Source: a virus. Taken from it: a stretch of DNA of 64,000 nucleotides. Within the stretch, counting starts at the first letter, position 1. The number at the start of each line of letters is the position of its first letter. The translations under genes and the position numbers were made by a program. The stretch spans positions 26,683 to 90,682 of the IMG/VR virus record IMGVR_UViG_3300043775_000777; one strand, 5' to 3'. This document shows, piece by piece, positions 38,771 to 45,880 of this stretch. The notes below the pieces were generated by a model. The model was not told the origin of the DNA. It saw nothing but the letters and a program-made list of their open reading frames with translations, and made no database searches.

Positions 38771-38883
38771 AAAATTAAAGTTGCTTAAAGCTATTGTCTG
38801 AAAGACAATTAAACACATAGTATATACTATGGCTTCACTAAAAATAATAAGGGTGTATTTCTACACCCCTATTATCCTTGAGA

Positions 38884-39288
38884 TTATATCCCAATTTCCT
38901 CAGATACCTCAACCTCCTCAAAGTCATCATCAGAATTCTCAGAAGCAACAACAAGGCTTGATAATGTGTACCAAGGTTTACGCGCAGTTCCATCAGCATT
39001 CTTGCTTCTAGAAACTTTACCTAAGTAGGTTTCCCCTACCTCCATACCTTGCTCATAGCTAGTACTATACACTACTATATCAGCTTTGGTGTGGCTGTTA
39101 CCATTATCATCAGTAAACCTGATAGTTGCTAACTTGTAGGTTAGGGTATCCCCGTTACCATTAGTGTAAGTGAACTCTTTATCACTTAATCTAACCAAGG
39201 TAGCCTTAATGTTGGCAACCTTTTGCACATTACCACTAGGTGTTGTTTCTTCCTTAAACACCAACGCAATCTTTTTCTTTTCAATCAT
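38884..39288 (-). CDS. Beta-rich protein with acidic tail (possible OB-fold/SSB-like)
   Basis: Alternating beta pattern; tail DDDFEEVEVSEEIGI. Confidence 0.55.
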   Translation of the reverse strand: MIEKKKIALVFKEETTPSGNVQKVANIKATLVRLSDKEFTYTNGNGDTLTYKLATIRFTDDNGNSHTKADIVVYSTSYEQGMEVGETYLGKVSRSKNADGTARKPWYTLSSLVVASENSDDDFEEVEVSEEIGI

Positions 39289-39406
39289 AACTTTTTGATT
39301 TTTGGGTTAATAATAATTTTCTTACAATAAAAGTTGCAAAAGGCTAAGCCGAAGGCTTCCAACACTGTCTGTTATTAACTCTCTCTCAGCTTAAATAAAA
39401 AGGGGA

Positions 39407-39619
39407 TTACTCCCCTAATTTATTTTCTGCTTGTGTTACAAGTGGCTCTATAATACCTTCTTGTATGTCATCTCTAAATGCTTTTAGAGTATCTATTGCT
39501 ATGCTAAGTTCATATTTATCATAAGAAATCAAATCACTATCTGTTTTTATGACTCTTTCATAAAGACTAATCTTTGCATTAAGCATTGCAATAATGTGTA
39601 ATACCGTTTCTGTGTCCAT
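39407..39619 (-). CDS. Early hypothetical protein (70 aa)
   Basis: Start MDTETV 18 nt after the motif; stop in terminator loop. Confidence 0.7.
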   Translation of the reverse strand: MDTETVLHIIAMLNAKISLYERVIKTDSDLISYDKYELSIAIDTLKAFRDDIQEGIIEPLVTQAENKLGE

Positions 39620-39686
39620 ATTATATAGTTTAAGATTAAATAAAAGTTGTCTGTGTAAATAGAAAGGGGAACAATGTCCCCTATAT

Positions 39687-40073
39687 CTATGGCTTAACAG
39701 GTGCTTCCAACAACTGAAACAAATCATCTTTGTCTAACAGTTTGTGTATGTCTGCCTGATATCTGTATAATTCAGTACGATATCTGTCCCAAGCACCATA
39801 ATCAGCACACACAAGTTTAAGTTTCAGAACATTAGCTTTGGATTCTTCATAATCTTTGGAATCCATACCAAGTTCTTTACTAGCATTAATCTGGCTATTC
39901 AACACGCCTATTGCAAAGACATATTGTTTATCAGAACTACCCTTGTCAATAGAAATGTTGTTGTTAACATAAATCTCAGGAATAGAATTTATTGATTCCA
40001 TTAATTGAGAACACATTTCTTGTGCAAATTCAAAATCTGCTTTTGCTTGTTTGTAAGCTTCTAACTTTTTCAT
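39687..40073 (-). CDS. Early hypothetical protein
   Basis: 128 aa, with motif and terminator. Confidence 0.7.
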   Translation of the reverse strand: MKKLEAYKQAKADFEFAQEMCSQLMESINSIPEIYVNNNISIDKGSSDKQYVFAIGVLNSQINASKELGMDSKDYEESKANVLKLKLVCADYGAWDRYRTELYRYQADIHKLLDKDDLFQLLEAPVKP

Positions 40074-40128
40074 AGTGTATATTTTAATATTTTATTTCAA
40101 TAAAAGTTGTAAAAAAATAAAGAGAGTA

Positions 40129-40275
40129 TTACACCCTCTCTATCTTTCTCTCCATATATAACTTTACATAGAGCTTTTCTAGTTTGTCTGAATCAACCAT
40201 ACTGTTCATTGCCTTAATAGCACTAAGCATAGTTTCATATTCTTCCCAACTAATTACAATAGTTACTTGTTCCAT
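40129..40275 (-). CDS. Early micro-protein (48 aa)
   Basis: Hand translation MEQVTIVISWEEYETML...KIERV; motif upstream, stop in hairpin. Confidence 0.65.
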   Translation of the reverse strand: MEQVTIVISWEEYETMLSAIKAMNSMVDSDKLEKLYVKLYMERKIERV

Positions 40276-40318
40276 AGTATATAATTTAGATTATATTAAA
40301 GTTGTTAAAAAGGGGATA

Positions 40319-40576
40319 TTACTCCCCTTCTTTCCAAGGTCTATACAGTCCTGATTCACAGATATTGTGTGCAAAAGAATTTAATTTCTTTTCAAAATCT
40401 TCAATATCAACTTCAGCATACCAACTTGTGCAATCTTTGTTAAATGATTCAAGAGCCTGTTTATATTTGTATGCTAAAAAATGATAGTCTATTCTTTTTT
40501 CTTCAGGATAACTGTGATAGTTTACTGAACGGTCTACCATACCTGATAGACTTTTAAATGCTTTTTCAAAGTTCAT
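40319..40576 (-). CDS. Early hypothetical protein
   Basis: 85 aa, with motif and terminator. Confidence 0.7.
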   Translation of the reverse strand: MNFEKAFKSLSGMVDRSVNYHSYPEEKRIDYHFLAYKYKQALESFNKDCTSWYAEVDIEDFEKKLNSFAHNICESGLYRPWKEGE

Positions 40577-40645
40577 ATTATATAGTTTTAATTTTCTTAA
40601 AATAAAAGTTGTTAAATGAAAAAGGGGATATAGTCCCCTTACTGA

Positions 40646-40714
40646 TTATCTCATTATGCGGTATTTAACATAACACAATAAGAATACAAATCCCCAAAGA
40701 ATTGCTGTTACCAT
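40646..40714 (-). CDS. 22-aa hydrophobic peptide
   Basis: MVTAILWGFVFLLCYVKYRIMR; has its own motif (40739) and terminator (40622). Confidence 0.55.
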   Translation of the reverse strand: MVTAILWGFVFLLCYVKYRIMR

Positions 40715-40790
40715 AGTTGTTAGTTTTAAATTTTAATAAAATAAAAGTTGCTATGTATAAATAAAAAGGGGGAATTTCTTCCCCCATAAA

Positions 40791-40973
40791 CTATACAACT
40801 AACAATGTATGTTCAGGGTGTATTATATGGTATTCTTCTACCAAACTATCCCTGTAAGCCTTTATCTCTTCTTCCGGCAATTGCTCAAATGCTTTTAACA
40901 TAGCTTTGTCAGCTTTTTTTCCTAATAAGATTAATATCCCATCAATCTCATCAATCATAAATTTTGTTATCAT
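40791..40973 (-). CDS. Early hypothetical protein
   Basis: 60 aa, with motif and terminator. Confidence 0.65.
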   Translation of the reverse strand: MITKFMIDEIDGILILLGKKADKAMLKAFEQLPEEEIKAYRDSLVEEYHIIHPEHTLLVV

Positions 40974-41021
40974 ATTGTATATATTTTTATTACAATAAAA
41001 GTTGAAATAAAAACTTAGGGA

Positions 41022-41210
41022 TTATCTCCCTAAGTCTTCATCATACTCAAATGTTCCGGTCTCTATGTATTCATAGATCTCATGCTTAGTAGCATAGTCT
41101 ACAACTTTGCCGTCTTCAAAGAACAGTGCATACTGTTTCCGGCCATCCATAGTCTGTTGATACTTAACTTGTCCTGTAAGTAACAACCAAATGAAAATAA
41201 CTTTTACCAT
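41022..41210 (-). CDS. Early hypothetical protein
   Basis: 62 aa, with motif and terminator. Confidence 0.65.
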   Translation of the reverse strand: MVKVIFIWLLLTGQVKYQQTMDGRKQYALFFEDGKVVDYATKHEIYEYIETGTFEYDEDLGR

Positions 41211-41255
41211 AATATATATTTCTAATGCAATAAAAGCTGTTTAAAAGAAGAAGGT

Positions 41256-41396
41256 TTATAAGCCTTCTTCTTCTTTATACTGTAGATATGATTCATATGC
41301 TGTTAAGCAATATGCATCATACTCTGCTTGTAATTCAGCACAAGAATTACAATGGTTTTCATCACCTAGTAAACAGGCACAAGTTGTATTTTCCAT
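41256..41396 (-). CDS. Early Cys-rich micro-protein (46 aa)
   Basis: MENTTCACLLGDENHCNSCAE...; CxC...CxxC. Confidence 0.6.
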   Translation of the reverse strand: MENTTCACLLGDENHCNSCAELQAEYDAYCLTAYESYLQYKEEEGL

Positions 41397-41443
41397 AATA
41401 TAAGTTTAGCACACAATAGAAGTTGTATTAAATAAAAAAGGAG

Positions 41444-41701
41444 CTATTGCTCCTTAATTATAATGTCTTTCAACCATTGGTTAATGAACTCTTCAGTTAC
41501 ATAACCTATTGGATCTTCCATACATCTAGTGTCCCACATTTCAAATGTAGTTACACCATCTCCTTTTAATCCAAATCCACCTCCTACAACACTAATCATT
41601 TCATCTTCATTAGGATATTGAAATGTCCAATGAGTTGCACCCGGTATTACACGGTGTGCCTTCCTGATAAAATCTTCAGGGAATCTTAATGCCTTTGTCA
41701 T
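41444..41701 (-). CDS. Early hypothetical protein
   Basis: 85 aa; ISVVGGGFGLKGDGVTTFEMW. Confidence 0.7.
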   Translation of the reverse strand: MTKALRFPEDFIRKAHRVIPGATHWTFQYPNEDEMISVVGGGFGLKGDGVTTFEMWDTRCMEDPIGYVTEEFINQWLKDIIIKEQ

Positions 41702-41753
41702 AATGTATAATTTATCATTAAATAAAAGCTGTTTAAATAAAAAAGAGCAAGGA

Positions 41754-41930
41754 TTATTCTCCCTGCTCTTTTACTCTACAAACATTAAACACAATGTATT
41801 CTCCCGCAGTATGTATCTCATATTTCTTGAGAATACCTTTGGTCATCCATTGATTCAATCTAGTTTGCATTTTAGTTAGTTCTCCTGCATCTGATGCAAG
41901 AAAACTATAAAGGTCAACACGTAGTTTCAT
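41754..41930 (-). CDS. Early micro-protein (58 aa)
   Basis: Hand translation MKLRVDLYSF...KEQGE. Confidence 0.65.
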   Translation of the reverse strand: MKLRVDLYSFLASDAGELTKMQTRLNQWMTKGILKKYEIHTAGEYIVFNVCRVKEQGE

Positions 41931-41995
41931 ATGTATAGTTTCTGTGGCAATAAAAGCTGAAAAATAAAAAGAGAGACATTGTCTCTCTCTTAATG

Positions 41996-42196
41996 CTATG
42001 CACCTTGTAGCTTTTCTTCTATGTGCATTATTAGGTTAAGCATTCCCATAATGGAGCAACCTGCTAATATAATACCCATAGTAATTAAACCTACCATTGG
42101 TGCAGTTGGTTCTACAGATAATACTCCGAAGAAGTATAAACAGAATGTGCCAAGGCCTGAAGCATATAGCACAATAAACTTAAGTAATTGTTTCAT
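41996..42196 (-). CDS. Early membrane protein (66 aa, 2 TM)
   Basis: Start MKQLLKF 18 nt after the motif at 42215. Confidence 0.65.
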   Translation of the reverse strand: MKQLLKFIVLYASGLGTFCLYFFGVLSVEPTAPMVGLITMGIILAGCSIMGMLNLIMHIEEKLQGA

Positions 42197-42327
42197 AGTA
42201 TATAATTTCTCATACAATAAAAGCTGTCTAACACAGAAAAAAAAGGGGATATCATCCCCTGTAGTGTTTAACTTTTCATAGCTTTTAGTTTTCATACAAT
42301 AAAAGCTGAATTAAAAAGCAATACAGG

Positions 42328-42510
42328 TTATTCCCCTGTATTACTTTCCATTGCTGATACAGCAGCTTCAATACCTTCTTGAACATAAGCTCTATATGCT
42401 TTTAAATCAGATAGCTCATATAGTTCTTTAAATGTCTTACCTTCTGTTTCTAAGGTAGCAATTGCTTTATCTAGCGTTTCAGCTAAATCAAATAGTTGGT
42501 TTGCAGTCAT
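42328..42510 (-). CDS. Early hypothetical protein (60 aa), first gene of the leftward unit
   Basis: Start MTANQL 18 nt after the motif at 42529. Confidence 0.65.
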   Translation of the reverse strand: MTANQLFDLAETLDKAIATLETEGKTFKELYELSDLKAYRAYVQEGIEAAVSAMESNTGE

Positions 42511-42544
42511 AGTTATTAGTTTCTCATACAATAGAAGTTGTGCT

Positions 42545-42835
42545 ATATACTGTCTTCTCTGTGTGTGTGGTTGGTGTGCTGCCTCGGTTGTCTCAGCACC
42601 CTCCCCCCTCTGTGTCATAGTCTTCTGCTTAGCTTTTGCATCTGTTGTCTCTGCTTTGTTCTGTCTCTGCTAGCATCCACACACTTTTCCTGTGTCAGAG
42701 TTTTTTAGATTTTTTCCTAGATTCAGGCTTGCTCCCTCAGCTTCATAGGGGGTATGCCACTTTTTTTCAGAGCCCCGGGGGTTTTTGCTATATGCCCCAT
42801 CTCACACTCTTATATACTACAACTTAATTATCTTA
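42545..42835. other. Non-coding strand-switch region with strong base skew; possible genome end or packaging region
   Basis: The + strand is A-poor and CT/GT-rich with G/C runs (GGGGGT, CCCCGGGGG); it separates leftward from rightward transcription. Confidence 0.4.
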
Positions 42836-42841
42836 AAAAAA

Positions 42842-42872
42842 TTTGGTATGTTTAGAATTATGTATATATTTG
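42842..42872 (+). promoter_or_regulatory. Bacteroidota sigma70-type promoter
   Basis: TTTG (42842-45), 19-nt spacer, TATATTTG (42865-72). Further intergenic TATATTTG copies at 43133, 44452, 44548, 45868 and 53629. Confidence 0.75.
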
Positions 42873-42874
42873 TT

Positions 42875-43115
42875 GAGCTAATAACTTTCATTTTAGGATT
42901 AATACTAAAAGCCCCGGAGCTACAGTCTGGGGTTTTTTAATAAGTGTGCCCCCCTGTGTTGAGATAGACATAGGCCAAGTTCCAGACAGCATACCGTAAG
43001 ATCTGCTCACTACACTGGACTTTTTGGTTACTGGGAAAGCATGGTACCAACATGTATAACTAGTAACAACCCCAGATAAGTTTCTCTGATCAAGAAATAC
43101 TGTCTGGGTTTTTTT
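42875..43115 (+). ncRNA. Candidate structured small RNA(s)
   Basis: Downstream of the promoter with no ORF; stems 42977/43022, 43027/43067 and 43071/43108, with U-tracts at ~42935 and 43109-15. Confidence 0.4.
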
Positions 43116-43123
43116 GTATATTA
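43112..43123 (+). promoter_or_regulatory. TTTTGTATATTA putative late promoter (copy 1 of 4)
   Basis: Exact copies at 46170, 50651 and 61682, each at the head of an operon. Confidence 0.6.
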
Positions 43124-43145
43124 GATATTGTATATATTTGTAGAT

Positions 43146-43589
43146 ATGAAAAAGTATGACATGGGTAAGTATGTGCTCCTGGCCGGGGAAGATGCTACCA
43201 AGATATTTGACTACTATGATGTAGATGAGATGCACGGGTTGAACAGAAAAGATGCTCAGGCAGAAGAAGTAGATAAGACTGTAGGCAACGGGGTTTATAT
43301 TTATGGGTGGACTAACTATGACCCAGCAGATAAGAAGCTTACTGCTAAGAAGCCTTATCTCCCGTTTCTGTTTATTAACCTAGGTACATTTAAGAGGTAC
43401 TCTATTACAGAGAAAGCTACCGCAGTTATGCATGAGACTATGCATATGGCTTTGTTACTTAATAACTGGAATGTCAAGGATAAAGAAGAAGAGGTTATTA
43501 CTTATGCTGAAGATGAAGCTAACAAGATTATTGATAAGCTAGGGTTTGATAAGAAGGAGCAACCTAAAAAAGGGTTCTTCAAAAAATGA
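43146..43589 (+). CDS. HExxH zinc metallopeptidase-like protein
   Basis: AVMHETMH followed by EEVITYAE; likely start MKKYDM. Confidence 0.6.
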   Translation: MKKYDMGKYVLLAGEDATKIFDYYDVDEMHGLNRKDAQAEEVDKTVGNGVYIYGWTNYDPADKKLTAKKPYLPFLFINLGTFKRYSITEKATAVMHETMHMALLLNNWNVKDKEEEVITYAEDEANKIIDKLGFDKKEQPKKGFFKK

Positions 43590-44260
43590 AAGTATACTTT
43601 GATCATGTCCAAGGCTTTGGCAAAGTAAGTGACCTGGAGTTAATTATCAACTGTGCATATGGAATATTAGAACCTAATGAATCTCCCACAGATGCATTAC
43701 TACAAGGATGGATACCGTGGGAGGGTAAGTGGTATAATGAGCGCAGTACTAGAATTAATTTAGCTAAATATAGACCATCTAAGACTACTAAGAAGTTATC
43801 CAAAAAGATTATAGTAGAAGCTGGAAATATTGATGTATCATTAGAACAGTACACAGAACTATACAACAAATACTGTCAGCATCATGGCTTCAAAAGAGAT
43901 ATCAAGCTAGAGTCATTCAAGGATTGTTCTGTTATAGAGTATCAAACAGATGAGCTTGTTGGTATTAGTTTATACAAACAGTTTGATACACAGTTTGTGG
44001 CATATCAGTTTATATGGGATTATGCAGATCCTAAACTTTCTCTAGGTACAGTAGCTCAGATGATGGAGTGTGAAACTGCAAAGCTTCTGAACTGTGAGTA
44101 TGTTTATCTACTTGGTGGGTATGAGCAGTGCTGTAAGTATAAAGCTAACTACCCGGGGTTTGAATTCTGGACAGGTGCAGAGTGGTCTACTGATATAGAA
44201 CTTTATAACACTCTAGTAGATAGAGATGAAAGAATAAAGATTGAGAACTATGATGTATGA
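43586..44260 (+). CDS. Ate1/Bpt-like aminoacyl-tRNA--protein transferase
   Basis: LLQGW, RSTRI, YxKY, WDYxDPKLSLG, AKxxxCEYVYL and C.KYK, matching ATE_N/ATE_C patterns. Confidence 0.75.
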   Translation: MKVYFDHVQGFGKVSDLELIINCAYGILEPNESPTDALLQGWIPWEGKWYNERSTRINLAKYRPSKTTKKLSKKIIVEAGNIDVSLEQYTELYNKYCQHHGFKRDIKLESFKDCSVIEYQTDELVGISLYKQFDTQFVAYQFIWDYADPKLSLGTVAQMMECETAKLLNCEYVYLLGGYEQCCKYKANYPGFEFWTGAEWSTDIELYNTLVDRDERIKIENYDV

Positions 44261-44447
44261 ACCAACTAATAGGATAGAGGTAAACACACCTAAAGGTTCT
44301 GGGATCATATGGATCATTACTGACTATGGGCATGAGACGGATACTATCTATACTGTGATTATTACAGCCACCGGAGAGTTCTGGCAGTTTACTCACAAAG
44401 ACATCCGTGCAAAAAATAATTTAACTTATGGTAGAGATATAAAATAA
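44241..44447 (+). CDS. Hypothetical protein
   Basis: V.TPKGxG...W.F pattern; 68 aa. Confidence 0.6.
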   Translation: MRTMMYEPTNRIEVNTPKGSGIIWIITDYGHETDTIYTVIITATGEFWQFTHKDIRAKNNLTYGRDIK

Positions 44448-44498
44448 GTTGTATATTTGTACTAGTTCATAACTGAAAATTTAATTAATTGTGCTGAG

Positions 44499-44526
44499 AA
44501 CCCTGGAAATTTTTTCTGGGGTTTTT
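44499..44526 (+). terminator. Intrinsic terminator
   Basis: ACCCTGG...CTGGGGT plus U-tract. Confidence 0.55.
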
Positions 44527-44604
44527 AGTTTAAATTAAAATAGTTTATATATTTGTGTCACCAACAAACCATGAGAGCAATAACTCCTAATTATTTATTT
44601 ACTA

Positions 44605-44910
44605 ATGACTGCCCAGCAAAAGCTGTTGTGGGAAAAGCTAACTGAAGAAGTTAGAGATACCGGCATGGATAACCTCCGTGCCCGGGAGCTCTATGATGAA
44701 CTAAGTAAATTATTAAATATGTCAGATAAAACATTGATATCTATTACAGAAAAAGAAAAAGGCCTAGAGGTTAGACTACATGAAGAAGCCTATGGTAATC
44801 TAGCTCTTATAGGTTTATTAGAAAAGATCAAGTTGAATATCTTAGATTCTCTTCCTGAAGATAAAGAACCAGAAACTAAACCTAGTGCTAAACAAAAATA
44901 TGACGCGTAA
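44605..44910 (+). CDS. Hypothetical protein
   Basis: 101-aa ORF after TATATTTG at 44548. Confidence 0.6.
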   Translation: MTAQQKLLWEKLTEEVRDTGMDNLRARELYDELSKLLNMSDKTLISITEKEKGLEVRLHEEAYGNLALIGLLEKIKLNILDSLPEDKEPETKPSAKQKYDA

Positions 44911-44929
44911 CAAATTAAAACCAAATACA

Positions 44930-45217
44930 ATGAGTGAAGAAAAACCAACTTATGCAATGCCGGAGAATAACCCGGAGATTATTGAACACAAGATTGTTCC
45001 TTTTGGACATCAGTTGATGGGATTAGATCCAGATAATCTAGATGATACTACAGTAACTAAAGTAAAGTTACTAGCAGCAGAAATGGCTGAGATCTTAAAG
45101 ACAGATTATGAGAATGAAAGAGGGCCCTTGAAAAGCTTACTCTTTGATCATGCATTAGGAGAGATATTAAATGCATCTATGTCAGTAGTAAAAGTTTTAA
45201 CACTAAAGAATAAGTAA
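44930..45217 (+). CDS. Acb2/Tad1-like helical-hairpin protein (divergent)
   Basis: FG...GL...DDxxVxKVK...A...AxxExxNAxMxVVKxLT pattern. Confidence 0.5.
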   Translation: MSEEKPTYAMPENNPEIIEHKIVPFGHQLMGLDPDNLDDTTVTKVKLLAAEMAEILKTDYENERGPLKSLLFDHALGEILNASMSVVKVLTLKNK

Positions 45218-45510
45218 TGTCAACATTTAAAAAACTAAGAGGCCGGGCTATATTGCTTAATGTGCCGCAGAGAAAGAAGTCAGTTATTGAACTGTCTGCA
45301 AAAGATGAAGAAGCTATGATGCAGGAAGCAGCCAAGCTTTGGAGTAAACTTACTGTATATGCTATAGGAGATAAAGTAGAAGAAGTAGCTGTAGGTGATG
45401 AAGTATATGTTAGAACAGGAGCTCTAAACATGGAGACTGTAGAGAGAATAGAGATTGATGGTGAGATTAAACTTCTCCTTAATGAAGGTGATGTTGTTAT
45501 AATCTGGTAG
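45217..45510 (+). CDS. GroES/Cpn10-like co-chaperonin
   Basis: KLRGRAILL...VYAIGxxVxxVxVGDEV...EGDV pattern. Confidence 0.75.
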   Translation: MSTFKKLRGRAILLNVPQRKKSVIELSAKDEEAMMQEAAKLWSKLTVYAIGDKVEEVAVGDEVYVRTGALNMETVERIEIDGEIKLLLNEGDVVIIW

Positions 45511-45512
45511 TC

Positions 45513-45857
45513 ATGGATAAAAATAAAACTCCGGTATCTCCTTATCCAACTATGACAGAAGGTATCTATGGGAATAACACTAGTATTGTTACATCTACAT
45601 TTGGAAATCCTAAAGATCTTTCTGACAGGGTAGTAAAACTATCTCCTGGACCTAGACCTGTATACTATGGCGGAGAGTCTAATCCTTATGAAGTATTTAA
45701 AGTATTAGAAGCATGGGGTCTGGATAGAGACTTCTATTTAGGTAACGTCATTAAATATGTAGTAAGAGCTGGTAAAAAGAATCCAGGAAAGTATAAAGAA
45801 GATCTAGAAAAAGCCATAGTATATCTCCAAAAGAGAATTGAAAGTTTGGATAAATAA
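45513..45857 (+). CDS. DUF3310 family protein
   Basis: YxG...FYLGNVIKYVxRAGKK...EDLEKAxxYL. Confidence 0.8.
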   Translation: MDKNKTPVSPYPTMTEGIYGNNTSIVTSTFGNPKDLSDRVVKLSPGPRPVYYGGESNPYEVFKVLEAWGLDRDFYLGNVIKYVVRAGKKNPGKYKEDLEKAIVYLQKRIESLDK

Positions 45858-45880
45858 ATTTTATCTTTATATTTGTCAAC

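Larger units (their letters stand above)
38845..42342 (-). terminator. Series of intrinsic terminators, one per mini-gene
   Basis: Hairpins at 38851-68, 39401-16, 39665-82, 40121-41, 40310-29, 40622-40, 40768-85, 41013-35, 41245-72, 41438-55, 41743-70, 41970-88, 42244-60 and 42320-42, each followed by a U-rich tract on the - strand. Confidence 0.8.
38772..42540 (-). promoter_or_regulatory. Fifteen copies of CA(A/G)CTTYWAT(T/A)N (core CARCTTTTATTG), putative early promoter
   Basis: Copies (low coordinate) at 38772, 39325, 39638, 40098, 40293, 40600, 40739, 40993, 41228, 41414, 41720, 41948, 42215, 42297 and 42529; mostly 17-19 nt before an ATG. Confidence 0.75.

Noticed and set aside
38772-42540. 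CRISPR array
   Set aside because: The repeat is only ~12 nt and degenerate, spacing is irregular (80-460 nt), the intervals are ORFs, and no cas genes are present.
41996-42618. Track starts at 42295 and 42618 for the last two early genes
   Set aside because: These extensions run through a terminator or motif, or into low-complexity DNA; ATGs at 42196 and 42510 fit the 18-nt cassette geometry.
42888-43235. 115-aa - strand ORF
   Set aside because: It overlaps + strand promoters, hairpins and the protease gene, and lacks the early motif.
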